Assembly: GCA_965287045.1 (NCBI GenBank)
Contig: OZ336875.1
Span: 40,238,001-40,302,000, forward strand
Reading direction: 5' to 3'
DNA from: Carcharhinus amblyrhynchos
Taxonomy: Eukaryota
DNA: 64,000 nt
This document shows positions 11,671 to 26,187 of the stretch, piece by piece. The translations under genes were made by a program, and so were the position numbers. The notes beneath the pieces are model-generated. The model saw only the letters and a list, made by a program, of their open reading frames with translations, had not been told where the DNA came from and ran no database searches. The first letter of the stretch is position 1; every line of letters starts with the position of its first letter.

Positions 11671-13720
11671 CAGTAAAATCCCAATGAGTCAAATTCCAGG
11701 AGATCAGCCCACAAATTCATGATTAGTGGAGCTTTGTGATAGCTAAGGATGTCTCATTCCCTCATGAATGCATTGCTATGTAATTGGATAAGCCTATAAA
11801 TACTGTCGATGTCTAAAAACAATAGGTTCAAATGCCAAATGAAAACACAGTAAGGCAGAAAACGTGTGCCTTCATTCAGTTTGTTCACATCTTACAATGA
11901 CCTGACCTTGTAAAAGACCAGAACATTGCATTGCAAAGTATCAGGAGTTAGCTCTGGAAAAATTCTGTAATCTTTCTTTGTGCTCAGTCTTCGGATGTGT
12001 GTGATATAGCCCACTGTGTCATCCATACAGTCAGACATATTTTCAGTGTGTTCATGCCACAGTGCCAAGTCCAAGAGCATCTCTATGGTTTTTGTGGCAT
12101 TAGCTGGGAAAACAAGCAGGTGGCATTCATCGGACTCTTCAGAGTCATTAGACTCGTTGGTTGAAGAATTTTTTACATCGATAATGACACCATTTGTCAA
12201 TTCATTATGTGGCATCATCCACCTCTGTATGAGTTTCCATGGCTAACTCTGCTAAAATTTCAATGTTGGCCTCCTGCAGCTGAGTGAAAAGTGCCTCATC
12301 GGGTTGGTTGTCCTCGCCCTGCCCCTCAACATTCTTGACATCCTATGCTGTAATAATCTGTTTTGACCAGTGTGATGGAAGCTGTTGGCAATTATAGCTT
12401 CTGACACCATCTTCCAGGTGTTTTCATCATGTACATGCCTTTTGCACAGATGGATTGTATTCCTGCATGTTATCGATGGCCTCGATAACCTGAGACATTG
12501 GGTGTCATTGTAAGCGGAGTTTCAGATACCTAATCACTCCCTGATTTGTTGGTTCAAGCTTGGTCGTGGTGTTGGGAGGCAAGAACATCAGCTTGATGCT
12601 CTTGAGGCCAGTAACATCAGGGCGCTTGGGGCAATTGTCTGTAATGATGATAATCTTCCTTTTCTTTCACTCTGCAGGAGCGCAGTAGTCAGCACTGCTG
12701 CCTCACAATACCAGGAACCCGCATTTGATTCTGGGCTTGGGTCACTATCTGTGTAAAGTCTACTTGCCTTCTCCATGACTGCATGGGTTTCATCAGAGTG
12801 CTCCAGTTTTCTCCTGTAGTCCAAAAGATGTGCTGGTTAGGTGCATTTGTCATGCTAATTTATCCCTCAGTGTACCCAAACAGTCGCCGAAGTGTGACCA
12901 CCAAGGGACTTCCACAGTAACTTCAATGCAGTGTTAATGTAAGCCTACTTGTGACATTAATAAATAAACTTGAAAAACTGATACATTTTGCTTACTTTCC
13001 TGATCCATGCCTCAAAAATGCTGAAGCTCATTCAGCTTGTTTTGTTAACTTTGAACTGTGTACGTATTATCTTGAGATTCATAGAGGAATGTGGCTTCCT
13101 GGACCTTTCCATCATAATAAATGGCAGCTTTTTGGTGCGACCCATGCTGGCTCAGACCACAGCAGGAACACATTCCTTCCTCTGCCTACCACCTTTAAAC
13201 ATCAATAAGTGGATTGGCAAAAGATGGTATAACAATTTGGTTTCATACGCATCCAAAATGTCTCTTGGTGCATACTCATTCAACACATCTGTGAGACTAT
13301 TTTGAGACTAATCATCTGTCACTCCCAGACTCTCACTTCTTACTCCACGGATGACTACACCATGCCTTGTCTTGATTCTGTGCCATCACCAATACAAGTG
13401 AACTCCATGTGCTCAGATTCTTTGCCAGGACCACTCCACTTTCCAGCAGAATTGGACTGGAGATGGGCACAGTCTCTGCCTGAACAACATTAGCCGAGGT
13501 TCTTGAACATTTGGATTGGCTGTCATGCTCGTCCTATTTCTTGCTGCAGAGGATGCCTGCTTGTTAAACTGTTGCAAGATGCTTGCCTTGCGTTTCATCA
13601 TGGTGGACAAAATTAATGGTGGAACCTCCCACTCCTTCTCAATGCCCCCTTTTCACTTCATGCCACTGTTTTCCACTTGCATATTAACAACACTTTCTCT
13701 CCAACCACCAACACTTTAAT
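11671..13720 (-). mobile_element. Degenerate Tigger/pogo-type DNA transposon interrupted by a SINE
   Basis: Minus-strand remnants EYAPRDILDAYETKLLY (NADET motif) and FLPPNTTTKLEPTNQGVI (FLPPNTTS.LQP.DQG); TA-CAGT terminus at 11671; other end not identified. Confidence 0.7.
12677..12971 (+). mobile_element. V-SINE with second tail type
   Basis: tRNA head and V-domain; tail gcagtgttaatgtaagcctacttgtgacattaataaataaactt. Confidence 0.85.
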
Positions 13721-14184
13721 TTGATCACAGGTTTAGTTAAACTCACAGGATTTGCACGTCCTTTCACAGGGAGAGCTCAATGTCAAATCTTGTAGTGTGC
13801 ATAATTTCATGATGTTGTGCAGTATAACTTTATTCTGATTGGTCAGAGTAGTCATATGACAAGCTTAGACAAGTTAACCTAATCTGGAGTTACCACTGCA
13901 GAATTTGGTTTCTCACGGGCATCGTTCTGTGGGATTCTCTACTCTGCCAGCGGGATTGGTTGAAGACTTTGGCATAACTGGTATTTCATGGCATCTGAGT
14001 TTGACTTATTGCGACTTCATTATATAGCGAAGGCAGATCATAACAGAGTCATGCTCTGTCCTCTCCTAGCTTATCTTCTGTGCATTAAGTTGCACAGAAG
14101 AATGAAGAATCTTTCAAGATACATGACATGGGGACACAAGTACCTAGTTAAATTAGTCAGTACCGCTTCTTAGGTTAATATGCA

Positions 14185-14380
14185 AACATACAGGTTAGAA
14201 GCAGAAGTAGAGCATAATTGGCTCTTTGAGCCTGTTCCAGTATTAATTGAGATCATGGCTGATTTGACTGTACCCTCCTGCCTACTCTCATTAACCTTTC
14301 CCCCCTTATTTATCAAGAATCTATCTATCTCTGCCTTAAAAACATTCAAGTCTCTGCTTCCACTGCTTTTTGAGGGATCT
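14185..14380 (-). mobile_element. Old CR1 3' fragment
   Basis: Minus-strand remnant LNVFKAEIDRFLINKG and gatcatggctgat 3' UTR motif. Confidence 0.7.
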
Positions 14381-14952
14381 CCAATGACTAAGTTGTTAAC
14401 TAGCCAAGGCAAAATTAATGGATTTAAAAATAGACCAAAGTTGTTCTTCTGAAACAACGCTATTTTTGTTACTCTCACACAAAATACTTCATGCTTCGAT
14501 CATTTATAGCATGCTTTTTTAAACATTATCCAGCAGTAAGTTGTCTGAAAGGCTTAACGGCAGAGAAATCTTTGCTATATTTACAAAGTATTAAAAATTG
14601 AAAAGCTGTAGACTTCATATTATATCGAATACCTTTCAACATTACTATTATTGTAAGAAAGGTACCAAGACATTTTTAAAAGTAGTTGGGTAAACTTAAA
14701 GTTTGATATTTATATAAAGCAAATATTTATATATTTGTCTTATTATCTTTGTCTTATATCTGTATTCAAAAGTTAGGCAGATGGTGTTAATTTACCCCTA
14801 ATCAGTGTGGAGAATTACTTCATTAAGCAAATTGCCAGTAAAACCTATAAGATTGATTGTGTTATTGATAAAAACAGCTGCAGCAGTTTGCTGCTTGAGC
14901 CAGCAGCTCTGAAGTAGAGGTTTTAAATAAAATAATTGAACTTAAAGAATAG

Positions 14953-15989
14953 TGTTATGAAATTGCATATATAAGGTTAAAAATGTGGTGTTTGAAAAAT
15001 ATAAATTGAAAAGAAATGCAGAAACCAAAAAAAGAAATCATAGAGCATTGTCTCTTTAAAAAGCCTGTATCTTGCTGTGGATTTTAAACTGTGGCAGCAG
15101 GTTTGTAACATTTGTATTCAAAGCAGCAGTCAGGGTTCCAACATAACAAAACAGGCTTTTGAATTGAACCAATGAGTTTAAAGCAAGCACACAGAGACAG
15201 AGAACCAATGGAATCTAAATGTGAGGTTTGTTGACAGCCTGAAGCTACTCAGACTACAGGAATATGGTAAGGTAATTCCACGTATTTAAACCCAAACAAG
15301 GGGAAACAACTGGTAGAGTAAGTTTGCCACCTCTTTAGTTGAAGGAGGGAGAGGCGAGGCTCTCATATAGAATCCTGCAGTTTAATATACACACCTTCAG
15401 AAAATCACCATCTAAAGAGAAAGAATACCAATGCGGAAAGTCATGACGTGAAGATGCTAGTATTGGCCTGGGGTGGACACAATAAGAAGTCTCACAAAAT
15501 CAGGTTAAAGTCCACCAGGTTTATTCGCAATCACAAGCTTTCTGAGTGCTGCTACTTCATCAGGTGAGTGATGAAGAAGCAGCACTCCAAAAGCTTGTGA
15601 TTCCAAAAATACCTGTTGGACTTTAATCTGGTGTTGTGAGACTTCTTACTGAATTCAGGAAGTGTTGCAGATGAAAGCGTTAGAAGAAAGTTCATACTTC
15701 TAACTGACGTCTGGTATATTATTTGAGAATGACTATATCCTATAAGGATTTATTTCATTATTCTTGAATGAGTCTTGTTGGGGAGTTTATTCAGTTTGTT
15801 AATTGTTTTAATGAGGTTGTCACTAGTTTTAAAATAAAGACCTGTTAATCAGATCCTGCTTTGATTTACCAAAACCAGTAGCATCCTAATACGTAATGCA
15901 TATTCGTATAAGATTACGAGGCGAGGTATCGCTTTAGGTGGTTCCAAAATTGCGCAGAGGGAAAAGAAAATAACCTCTGCGTCGTAATA
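14953..15989 (+). mobile_element. Solo LTR (Gypsy/ERV-like), about 1.04 kb
   Basis: Termini TGTTATGA...TCGTAATA, flanks atag/ctag (4-bp TSD with 1 mismatch), TATA-like tatttaaa near 15283 and AATAAA near 15833. Confidence 0.6.
15445..15651. mobile_element. Short palindromic Penelope-derived element with two hammerhead-like motifs
   Basis: Inverted arms at about 15483-15562 and 15569-15649, homologous to the ends of 53149-54166. Confidence 0.8.
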
Positions 15990-16361
15990 CTAGTGTGAAA
16001 TGATTCTTCCACTACAACCATTTGTCACACCAATTTAGATCTCTAGCACCATGAAAGCAGTGCTACTGATGCTAGATGCTCTCCAAAGGGCATTAGTCAT
16101 ATCTAATACAGTGATCCAGCCTGAGAAGGGTGCTTGCATTGGGGTTTGCCAAGCTTAAGGCCTTTTCCCAGGTTGTTACCTTTGCACAGTTGAGCTCCCA
16201 AACTATCCATTTGTAATATGTAATTTTACCTCTTGTTACTAACAGGGCGAGGAGTGTGAAATAATTGTTTCCTTTTACTCATCTCTCACCTGACTGCAAC
16301 AAGGTGTACTTTTGAGAAGGAGTGTTTAATGCTTTTGAATGCTGTGACATTAAAGAAGACT

Positions 16362-16640
16362 GTGCGGCATTTACACATTCTTTACTTTTCTGCATGAGTT
16401 TCCTCTAGGTGTTCTGGTTTCCTTCCACTGTCCAAAGATGCGCACACTGGGTGGATTAGCCATGCTGAATTGCCTTTAGTGTCCAAGGATGGGTAGGTTG
16501 GGGGGATTAGCGACATAAATGTGTGGGGTTACAGAGATAGGGTGGGGGATAGGGACTGGGTAAAATATTCTGTTGGAGAGTCGGTGCAGATTTGACAGGC
16601 CGAATGTCCTCCTCCTACACTGTTTTGACCCTATGATTCT
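16362..16640 (+). mobile_element. 5'-truncated HE1-like V-SINE
   Basis: V-domain and tail ggccgaatg...ctatgattct. Confidence 0.85.
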
Positions 16641-19600
16641 AACAGACACAAACAGGTTTACTTGTCAATTTAAATAAGGAGAAAAGATAAACACTTTTGT
16701 TCACAGCATGTAAAATGTAAATATAACAAACACCCAATTCCCAAATGGACAGATGCTCAGGCACACATAGATGTAATATGCACTAAGATTAATGAGGAAA
16801 ACAAAATAATGAGAAACAAGTTCACTTGTTTAACTGTCTTTAAGATGCAAGTTGACAATTGTACAGGCCTGTAATATCTCCTCTAGTTCTCTGAATGTGA
16901 ATGGAGGTTGGACGTTTCTGGCTTTTCAAGGGTGAAACTGTTGTGAAGCTTCTGGAGTAAAGAAATATAACCTTGCACGTAAAATAACTGAGCTCTTTTT
17001 ATTGCTTGAGATGATGTATTTTTGAGGCATTCTTCTTGCTAGGTCTGATCTCCCTGTGTTCCCGGTCTCCATCTGCCTTGCTGGATTAATAAGATAATTG
17101 GGCCCTGTCTCCAGCTAGTTTCATTCACGTGACGGCAAAATTGATGCATTCCATTGTCCACATATTGGAGCTGATGTGATTGGTACACAATGGCAGGGGG
17201 TGGGGAGATGATTGATATTTTACTAACTTTCCATCATGTTTATTTCACTGAAAGACTTTATTTGATGTCACATCTTCATGGGATTTAAAGGTATCAGATA
17301 TTTTCCCTTAAATTTCTTCCATTTAAATGATGAGGGATAGTCAATTTGCATCTGGGAAATCATTTGCATCTTCCCAGGCATAATGTCTCTGTCTATCTAG
17401 AAACCACAAAAGGAGTTACCCGACTTTCTGGAATTCATTTTGAAGGTCTACCAAGTCTTTTTTTGTGGCTTCCTTTTTAAAATACAGTGATCATTTTCAA
17501 TTGTGATTATGCAAACCCATGTCTTCAGTGCACCTCTCTGCAAGAATAAGGCTTGGGTAACACATGATTGGCAGGAAAAAAAGACTGACAGTTTCCATGT
17601 TTGCTGTCTGGGATGTATCTTCAGCATCTCTTGGCAGGACAAGATCACCACCTCAGAGATCCTGCAGCATGCTAATTAATCAGCGTACATTCATCAATAA
17701 GCGAATGATATCTGCACCAGCTCGGCCATGTTTGACAGATGGATGATGGCCTTTTACCCAAAGATCTTTTATAGGTGAACTGAGCTGCCAATCTTCTAGG
17801 TGTATAACTCTGCTGCAAGAACACCTCAAAATTAGAGCACTGACACTGACAACTCAAGAGACACTTGCTGATGCCATGATTGCTGTAGGCTGACTGGAAG
17901 GCCATTTGAAGAGGCAAGCAGGAATGGAAAGTTCTGCTGGTCAAGAAAAGGGCCCAGAGAAAACAGAGGCCTGTGAAATATGCACCCCTTAGCTCACTGT
18001 CTTCCCCTGCAGAGAATGTGGCAGCGTGGCAGAGATGCCCATGTCAGAGTGGAGTTCCTGAGTCACACCAGGCAATGTTTAATACAGAGCTGACCATGGC
18101 ACAAACTATCTCCTCTTGGAAGTCTGGCAACAACATTCTGCCGCCTTCCCTCTCAAAATAGTGAAGATTTTGTGTTCTATGGTCACAAAGAATGAGGATT
18201 TAGACTGTGTAAATATATTTTGCTTCAGATCCCGATAGCCAGCAGAAACATATTACAAATGTGAACACAGGAATTTATAAATGTAAAACCTGATCAAAAG
18301 TGTGATAAAAATGTAACAACAGGAAATAAAGTTTTGTATGGGGAGTGCACGTGGAGAAAAATGTTTTACTATATTACATGTAGGTTGATGTTTCAGTGCA
18401 CACAAGTAAAACTCAATTATTGAAAAGCCATATAAACAATTAAATAATTCCAGAAGAAATTATTTAAAAATTAAAATATATAAAACATAATTTTTATTCT
18501 GGTTTGAGATGCACAATTCTTGTTAAACATGGTGGAAGTGTTTTTACTAATGTAGCTCAAAAAGTTTCACAAACCTTACGGACTGTGGCAATGAACCCTT
18601 TTTCTAATTCAGTCTTGCATTGTGGGTTTTGCTGCTATGGCCAACATTTATTGCAAACTACAAGTTTCCCTATTGTTATGCAATGAATTGAGTCACTAAT
18701 TCACTTCAGAAGGTAGGTAAGAGTTGACCATGTTGATGTAGAACTGGCCATGCAGATAAGGACGGAAGGTTTCCTTACGCGAAGGACATTAGTGATGTAA
18801 TTATTACAATCTATGGGCCTTTATATTGATTCCAGCCTTTTTTTACTGAAAGATTTTTTAAAATTGGGATATGAATTTCAACTCGTTGGACTATTAGTCA
18901 AAGTATTAGATTTGATGATCCAATGCCCCTACCACCACACTGCCATACCTTATTCAGCTGCAAAACAATTCTCTCATACTTTCTATTGAAGTTTCATTAC
19001 ATCTGTTTTCTTGGAGATATACTGCCATCTATTGTTTCACCCAATTTTTCTCCTCTGAAGGCTAGCAGGAGGGTAACCAATTTGTCCACCACTTCCAATA
19101 ATATTCTGAACCTTGGTGATCATGCCGTGGCATCTGTTTACAATTATCCCTCCCTATCACTCTTTGGAGGACAACAATCTGGTTTCTGCTTGGCACTTCT
19201 GCACAGATTTGGCATCTTCACAAGATGATATTGCTGATGTTGGAAACTCTGTGGAGTGTGAAACTGAATCTTGTAGAACCAACCTGCTTCATCATGAGTT
19301 GGTCTTCCACATTACCCAAATATATAATATGCACCCTCAACTTTAGTCAATCTCAACTCAGTCAGCAGTGGCCATAAATCAAGAGTGCAAAACTGTCCAT
19401 ATTTGTATATTAAGTCGCATTCATACAGAGATCATGAGAATGACCTGTACAGGAAATAAGAATTTCATACTGCTGTAGGAGAGGTCATTTTCCTCCTGAA
19501 GAGGTATAGAAAGAATTTAATACTGTACTTTATCTGTGCCATTCCTGACTTAGGAGTGCTTGATGCTGTCATCCAAGCCAAAAAAGTGAAAATATTTAAT

Positions 19601-20651
19601 TCTTTGGCACTGACACTAATTATCACAGTAAGTGTGAAGGAAGTGTTTTAAATCCTGCAAACTACAAACCAGTGCTGCAGTTTAGTGAGATTAAATTTAT
19701 AGTCTCCCTCATCCACTGTGCGCCTTAGCTCTGCCTTGAACAATTTGTTGAAGATAATTAAATATTGATGGGCATTGTATTTCAGTTCTTACTTGCAATT
19801 TGATTTGCAAAACCCTACACATCTTCAAAAAATCTGTGACAGTTCCTAACAAGGCAAGCAATTTCAATAGAAATTAAATGGCAATATCTATTATTCTTCA
19901 CAGCTTATATTGGTGAGGAGTATAAAGCATTAACTAATGATCATCAGCTTTGAATTTTTCATCGTGGTGCGTTTGCTGTGAACTAATCCAATATGCCGCT
20001 GCGCACAAAGCAGGTGATGCCCATATGCTTCACCAGCTGGATTTAAAGGCTCAATCTTGCTAGAAAAAAAATTTTGGCAGCAGGAAGAACTGAAAAGTAC
20101 CACTGTGCTGGGGAGTGGACAGAGGTTGACTACCGTTGTGTTCTGCTTATGCTAAAGCTAAGCCTTCAGCCTAATTACATAATCTAACTATGCTGGCATT
20201 TATGGGCATTACCTTAGTCCTGGGGAGGATCCACAGTAAAAGGTCCTCAATAATATAAATTTGCATATCAATACAATGACAGCTGCCGATGCAAGTGACA
20301 TTGCTGACTTACTGCCAGCTAATTTTCCAATTTGTTAAAATTTCTGAATGTGTCACTGCTAGGCTGATGCCTGACAAACTAGTGATTAACTTTTCTTTAA
20401 ACACTCAGTAACCTTCAAATATCTTTAAAAAAAAGAAATTAACATAACTGTGTTTAACTTTTGGTATTGTTCTTAGGTTACAGAGTGATCAGAGTGCTGC
20501 CTCAGGGTAGAAGCTAGTTTGTGTTGGGCACATTTTTCAGAAGTACAATGGATGCAAAGGATATCAATTTAGCGATTGGAGTCCAGGACATCTTGTCACT
20601 CAGGAGGTAGTAGCCCTTTCTCTGAGCCCGAAGCTCTGGATTCAAGTTAAT

Positions 20652-20958
20652 GGGCGACATGGTGGCATAGTGGTTAGCACTGCTGCCTTACAGCACCAGG
20701 AACCTGGGTTTAATTCCAGCCTCAGGTCACTGTCTGTGTGGAGTTTGCACATTCTCCCTGTGTCTGTGTGGGTTTCCTCCAGGTGCTCTGGTTTCCTCTC
20801 ACAATTCAAAGATGTGCAGGTTAGGTTGATTGGCCATTCTAAATTGACTCTGGTATCAGGGGGGTTAGCAGGGTGAATATGTGGGGTTGTAGGATTGGGC
20901 CTGGGTGGGATTGTGTGGTAGGTGCAGGCTTGATTGGCCAAATGGCCTCCTTCTGTAC
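20652..20958 (+). mobile_element. HE1-like V-SINE
   Basis: A box tggcatagtggttag, B box gggtttaattcc, V-domain and tail. Confidence 0.92.
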
Positions 20959-22083
20959 CACTAAAAAACTACTTGCTCACAGTTCAAGTGTTCCTGAAGA
21001 GATTCAAAAAGTTTGATAATCAGCCTGCTAATTCTTCCAGTACTTCCCCACTAATCCCCAAAGTGAGAAGATTACACTGGATATAGGAAACAAGGAAGTG
21101 GGAATCTTAACGGAATTTAAACATGCTCATCGTGTAGGTAAAAGGATACTAACTAAAAGCCATTGGGGTCCTTCTACACACATGGATTATATCATCAGGA
21201 CCTGACTATTATTTTAACTGAGACCTGAGTATGGGACTTGGGCCTTTCCACTCTAGGAGAGAAGAGGACAGGTCCACAAAGAGGTCAAAAAAGATTAATA
21301 TTTATCTTTCTTTTGTAGGGTCATAAGGACCAGGCATGCTACATAGGCCCCACAAGCCTTTTTGAGTATGGTCTAAAATCAGGGTCTGTGTAATCTATGG
21401 TTCATTAAATTACATACTGCCCCATAAACAGGTTTTATAAAGATCCTGGTTTTGAAAAAAAAAAGGCCACATAGTTACTTCATATGCAAGTTGGGTTATA
21501 CCAATCATGAATTGATATGAGCTTGTGGGATTAAAAAAAGAAAATTGAGCTATTGCTGTTCTGAAAATCTAACTGCTATTTAATAAAACTCAGATGCAAA
21601 ACATTCTCCTGGTATCCACCCAATTAAGGCCCCTCAGGCGCTATGTTTCAATGAGAAATTATTCTAAACTCTTATGGGCATCAGCACAACAGGCTGGTTT
21701 GTTGAGTTCACAGCAGTGGCCCAAATATCTTCTACCAGATTTGAGTGGAATTTTAAGTCTCTCTGCTTGACATAAACTAAGCAGTATGGGAATTAAAATT
21801 GAAGCATTAGATATATATTTAGTTTTTACAGTGTGGCCATTTTCTTAACACTAGTTTAGTAGATGGTTGAGGCACTCACATGACACAACCTGGCGCTTCA
21901 TTTACATTTACATTTACATTGACACTGTTACATAGATTCTGCTTCTCCATTTCCCACAAGAATAATATGCACTGTTCTCAACTGGATTCCTTGCTGTCAT
22001 ACTTGAAATACTCCCTCCGTAGCAGACAAAAAAAATGAATAGGATGCTTTAAAAAAGGAAAATATTACTATAAAATATCTCAC

Positions 22084-22208
22084 TTTTACTTTTCGCTGGT
22101 GGAGGTGGGGATATGTCAGCACCAACTGATTTTGGACTTTTGGGTTGTTCTCGATGTCCCCAGTCTTCATCCCATTCCTTTTTAAACTTCTGCTCTGCTG
22201 CTTCTATC
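22084..22208 (-). CDS. USH1C: Harmonin exon, about exon 14
   Basis: tacag|GATAGAA...AGTAAAA|gtgag; 125 bp. Encodes IEAAEQKFKKEWDEDWGHREQPKSPKSVGADISPPPPAKSK versus human IVEEEEKFKKQWEEDWG. Confidence 0.95.
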
Positions 22209-22719
22209 CTGTAAAGGACAATGATTATTACAATCTTTGCTTTCAATTAGACAAGAAGTCCACGAATAGCCTGGGAATAAGGAATGCTGACAATTGAAAC
22301 AGTTTCACAATTATACAGATGAGTGGCATTGTGCAATGTACTTCCAATAACTGACAAATTAATAATGTAAATGAAACAAGAGTTCTGTTTCTGTACACTA
22401 GACATTTTCAAGACTGTGAGTAATGGCATTTGTTGCTAATAAATGAATGGATTTCACAACTGCAATTTGTCTTTGCTCATTAGTCACTGCTCAGCATGTC
22501 AAAAGGGTTTGCATAAAATATAAATATTGATATCCAGTATCAACACTAGTTAATGGCACCCAGCACTTTGATTTTTGCCCGGTTTTCCCTGTATATTTAT
22601 AATTATGTAAATTAACACATGCATTAGAAATGAATTCTGCCAGTCTTCAAATGTCAATTGAGAGACAGATTATTGTCATTGCACAGTTCAGCAGACTCTC
22701 TCTTTCTTATACTCCGTCT

Positions 22720-25110
22720 TCTTATTGTTTGCGATCTGACCCACTACAGTGGTGTCATCAACAAACTTGAAAATCGAATTGAAGGGAATTTGGCCACAGT
22801 CATAGTTGTATAAAGCAGTATAGTAAGGGGCTGAGGATACAGTCTTGGGGCGAATTGGTGTCGAGGATGATTGTGAAGGAGGTGTTGTTGCTATCCTTAC
22901 TGACTGCAGTCTGTGGGTTAAGAATTCTAGGATCCAGTCTCAGAGAGAGGAGCCGAGCCCCAGGCCACTGAGTTTGGGGATGAGTTTTGTAGGAATAGAA
23001 GTGTTGAAGGTTGGGCTGTAGTCAAAGAACAAAGAAAATTACAGCAAAAGAACAGGCTCTTCGGCCCTCCAAGCCTGTATGCTGCCCGACTTAACTAAAA
23101 CCCCCTGCCCTTCTGGGGACTGTATCCCTCTATTCCCATCCTATTCATGTACTTGTCAAGATGCCCTTTAAAAGTCACTACCGTGACTGCTTCCACTACC
23201 CCTCTGGCAATGAATTCCAGGCACCCACAGCTCTGTGTAAAAAATCTGCCTCATACATCTCCTTTAAACATTGCTCCTCGCATCTTAAATCTATGCCCCT
23301 CTGGTAATCGACTCTTCCACCTTGGGAAAAAGCTTCTAATTATCCACTCTGTCCATGCCTCTCATAATCTTGTAGACTTCCATCAGGTCTCCCCTCAACC
23401 TCTGTCGCTCCCATGAGAACAAACCAAGTTTCTCCAACCTCTCCTCATAGCTAATGCCTTCCATAACAGGCAACATCCTGGTAACTCCTTTCTGTACCCT
23501 CTCCAAAGCCTCCACATCCTTCTGGTAGTGTGGCGACCAGAAATGAACATGATATCCCAAGTGCAGCCTAACTAAGGTTCTATAAAGCTGCAACGTGATT
23601 TGCCAATTTTTAAACTCAATACCCCAGTGGCTGATCAAATGGCCGATCAAATGGCCAATGAAGGCAAGCATGTCATATGCCTTCTTGACTACCTTCTCCA
23701 CCTGCATTGCCACTTTCAGTGACATATGTACCAGTATACCCAGATCCCTTTGCCTATCAATACTCTTAAGAGTTCTGCCATTTACTGTATATTTCCTATC
23801 TGTATTAGATCTTCCAAAATGCATTAGCTTACATTTGTGGTCAATAAATAGGAGTCTGACATAGATGACTTTGTTGTCGTGGTGTTCCAGGGTTGAGTGT
23901 AGAGCTGGAGAGATGGCGTCTGTTGTGAACCTGTTCTGGCAGTAGGCGAATTGTGGTGGACCCAGGCACTCTGGGACACTAGAATTGATTCGTGCCATGA
24001 CCAACCTGTTGAAGCACTTCATAATGATGAGTGTCAGAACCAATGGACAATTGATGTTAAGGCACGCTGCCTGGCTTTTCTATGGTACCAGGTTGATAGT
24101 CATCTTCTTGAAGAAGATAGGGACCTCAGATTATTGTAAGGAGAGATTGAAGATGTCTACAAATATCCCCGCCAGCTGGTCCGCTCAGGATCTGAATGCT
24201 TGTCCAGGTGCTCCATCGAGTTGCTTTTGGTGGTTGACTTTTGAGAGAGCTGCTCTGGTCCCTTTGATGGTAACCAGATACTGCTTTGTCCAAAGCTTTC
24301 GGGATGGAGGGTGTGCTCTCTTGCTCAAAAATGGGCATAGAATGTGTTGAACTCATCGAGGACGTATTCATTGGTGGCAGCAATTTTACATGTCTTCATC
24401 TTGTAGCTTGTTATGTCTTGCAGACCTTGCCATAGTTGGTGGGAGGCCATATGGCTAGCCTGGGATCTTGGTCTGGTACTGTCTTGGCAACTCTGATGGA
24501 TCTCCTTGGATCCATACCTGGATTTCTTGTACAGGGTTGTCTAACTTGAATGCGTCAGGCCTGGACTTTGGTTGGGAAACACACGGATTTGCTTCTTTGG
24601 CACACAGTTTTCCACACACTTACTAATGAAGTCAGCAACTGCAGTGGCATACTCATTGGGAGTGGTCGCTGAGTTTTAAAATATTGACCAGTCTACTGGC
24701 TCAAAGCAGCCCCATAGGAGATCATTCGATTCCTCAGACCAACATTGTACGACTTTCTTTAACAGAATGTCCCATTTCAGTTTTTGCTTGTAAGCCAAGA
24801 GCGCGAGCACAGCCTTGTGGTCTGATTTACCAAAGTGTGGACGATAGGCACGTTTGATATTTGCATAGCAGTAGTCTAGAATATTTGAGCCTCTGGAGGA
24901 ACAGGAGATGTGTTGGTGGTGTCTTAGCATGGCGCTCTTGAGCTTGCACTGATTGAAGTCCCCAGCCATGATGAACAAGGTCTTGGGATGTTTCATCTCA
25001 AGGTTACTTGCGGTGGTGTATATTTCATCCAGTACGGTCTTCACATCCACATGGGGAGGGGTGCAAACTGCTGTTACGATAACAGAGGTGAACTCCTACA
25101 GAGGGGCAGC
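22720..25110 (-). mobile_element. Degenerate Rex1/Babar-type LINE (APE and RT) split by a CR1 insertion
   Basis: AGDFNQ...LDYCYAN...FGKSDH, then MKCFNRLV...QFAY.QNR.T.DAI...VRLLFID, continuing as YSPTFNT.IP on the far side of the CR1. Confidence 0.85.
23026..23835 (-). mobile_element. CR1 3' fragment nested in Rex1, with 9-bp TSD
   Basis: KCKLMHFGR...YEERLEKLGLFS; TTCTTTG-type tail; TSD tgtagtcaa (23017-23025) and tgtggtcaa (23836-23844). Confidence 0.92.
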
Positions 25111-26187
25111 ATTTTAGCATCAGGTATTCTCGGTCCGGAGAGCAGAAACTCGCCTAGGCACCAAGACATGTTGATTAGAAGGCAGATTCCAGTGTGATAG
25201 TGTGGAAAATATTTGCTTGGGCCTGGGCCCCATTGTTTGACACTTTGGACACCCTCTCTCGTGAGCCTGGATGGAAACCCTATACCCTTCATCTGAATTC
25301 CTTTCCAATGATCTAGTTAAACGTATAAAATCAGCTGGTTTTGCACCACTGTCTAAGCTGAAAGGTAATTTTTTGTGGGTATTTTTGAGGAAAATTCAAC
25401 AATCAGATTGAGTGGTATTGCGATTATTTGATAATGATCTGCACGAAATCAATGAAGCAAATGAAGTGTTGTTCCTGCCAATTAAATTTCAAATCTATTC
25501 AGTTTGTGCTACTACGTCAAGATGTGCAAATAAATAAAATGATCTCCAGTCAAAACAAAAATCTAGCTTGGGGCAGGGAAATATCTAATGCAAAAAGATG
25601 CGGTTAAAAATATTTTTCTGCTTTGGCGGCTTGTAAATTCTAATTGATGTAGTCTGGTGTGACCTGAGCAATTACACAGCAGCATTTTTTATAATGGCCA
25701 TCTTCATGATATGCCATTTAATTTTCACTCAGGAACTCAATATAAATTCACAAGTTTGTTTTCCTAGCTCCTTAAACAGTATGTATCATTTTTGGTAAAT
25801 TAAAGTGATCTGCAAGAACAAACATTAATAACTCTACAATATTGGTTGTTATGAAAATATGCTACATTGAATATTAATCTGTAATTTCATCTGCGATCTG
25901 TGTATGAGTGGGATATAAAATAAATACTGCACTTAAAAAAAATCATATTAAACAAAGGACATGATCCTTGAATAAGGGTTTTGATTATGTCTGTTAAGAA
26001 ACATAATTAAGAAAACAGGCAGTTGGGCAGTAAACTAGAGAAGTCCCTACTCTTTTTGAATTGTACCATGGAATCTTTTATATGAGTCAAAACTTTGTCC
26101 TGGAAGGTTACAAAATACATCATCAAACTGACATTACTGCAAATCAATATTAGGTGAAAGGGACCAATACTTGTGCAAAATACTTAC

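Noticed and set aside
23336-24043. 235-aa ORF that looks like a novel hybrid reverse transcriptase
   Set aside because: It is a chance in-frame junction of a Rex1 RT fragment with a nested CR1 fragment; the TSD and the continuation of Rex1 beyond the insertion explain it.
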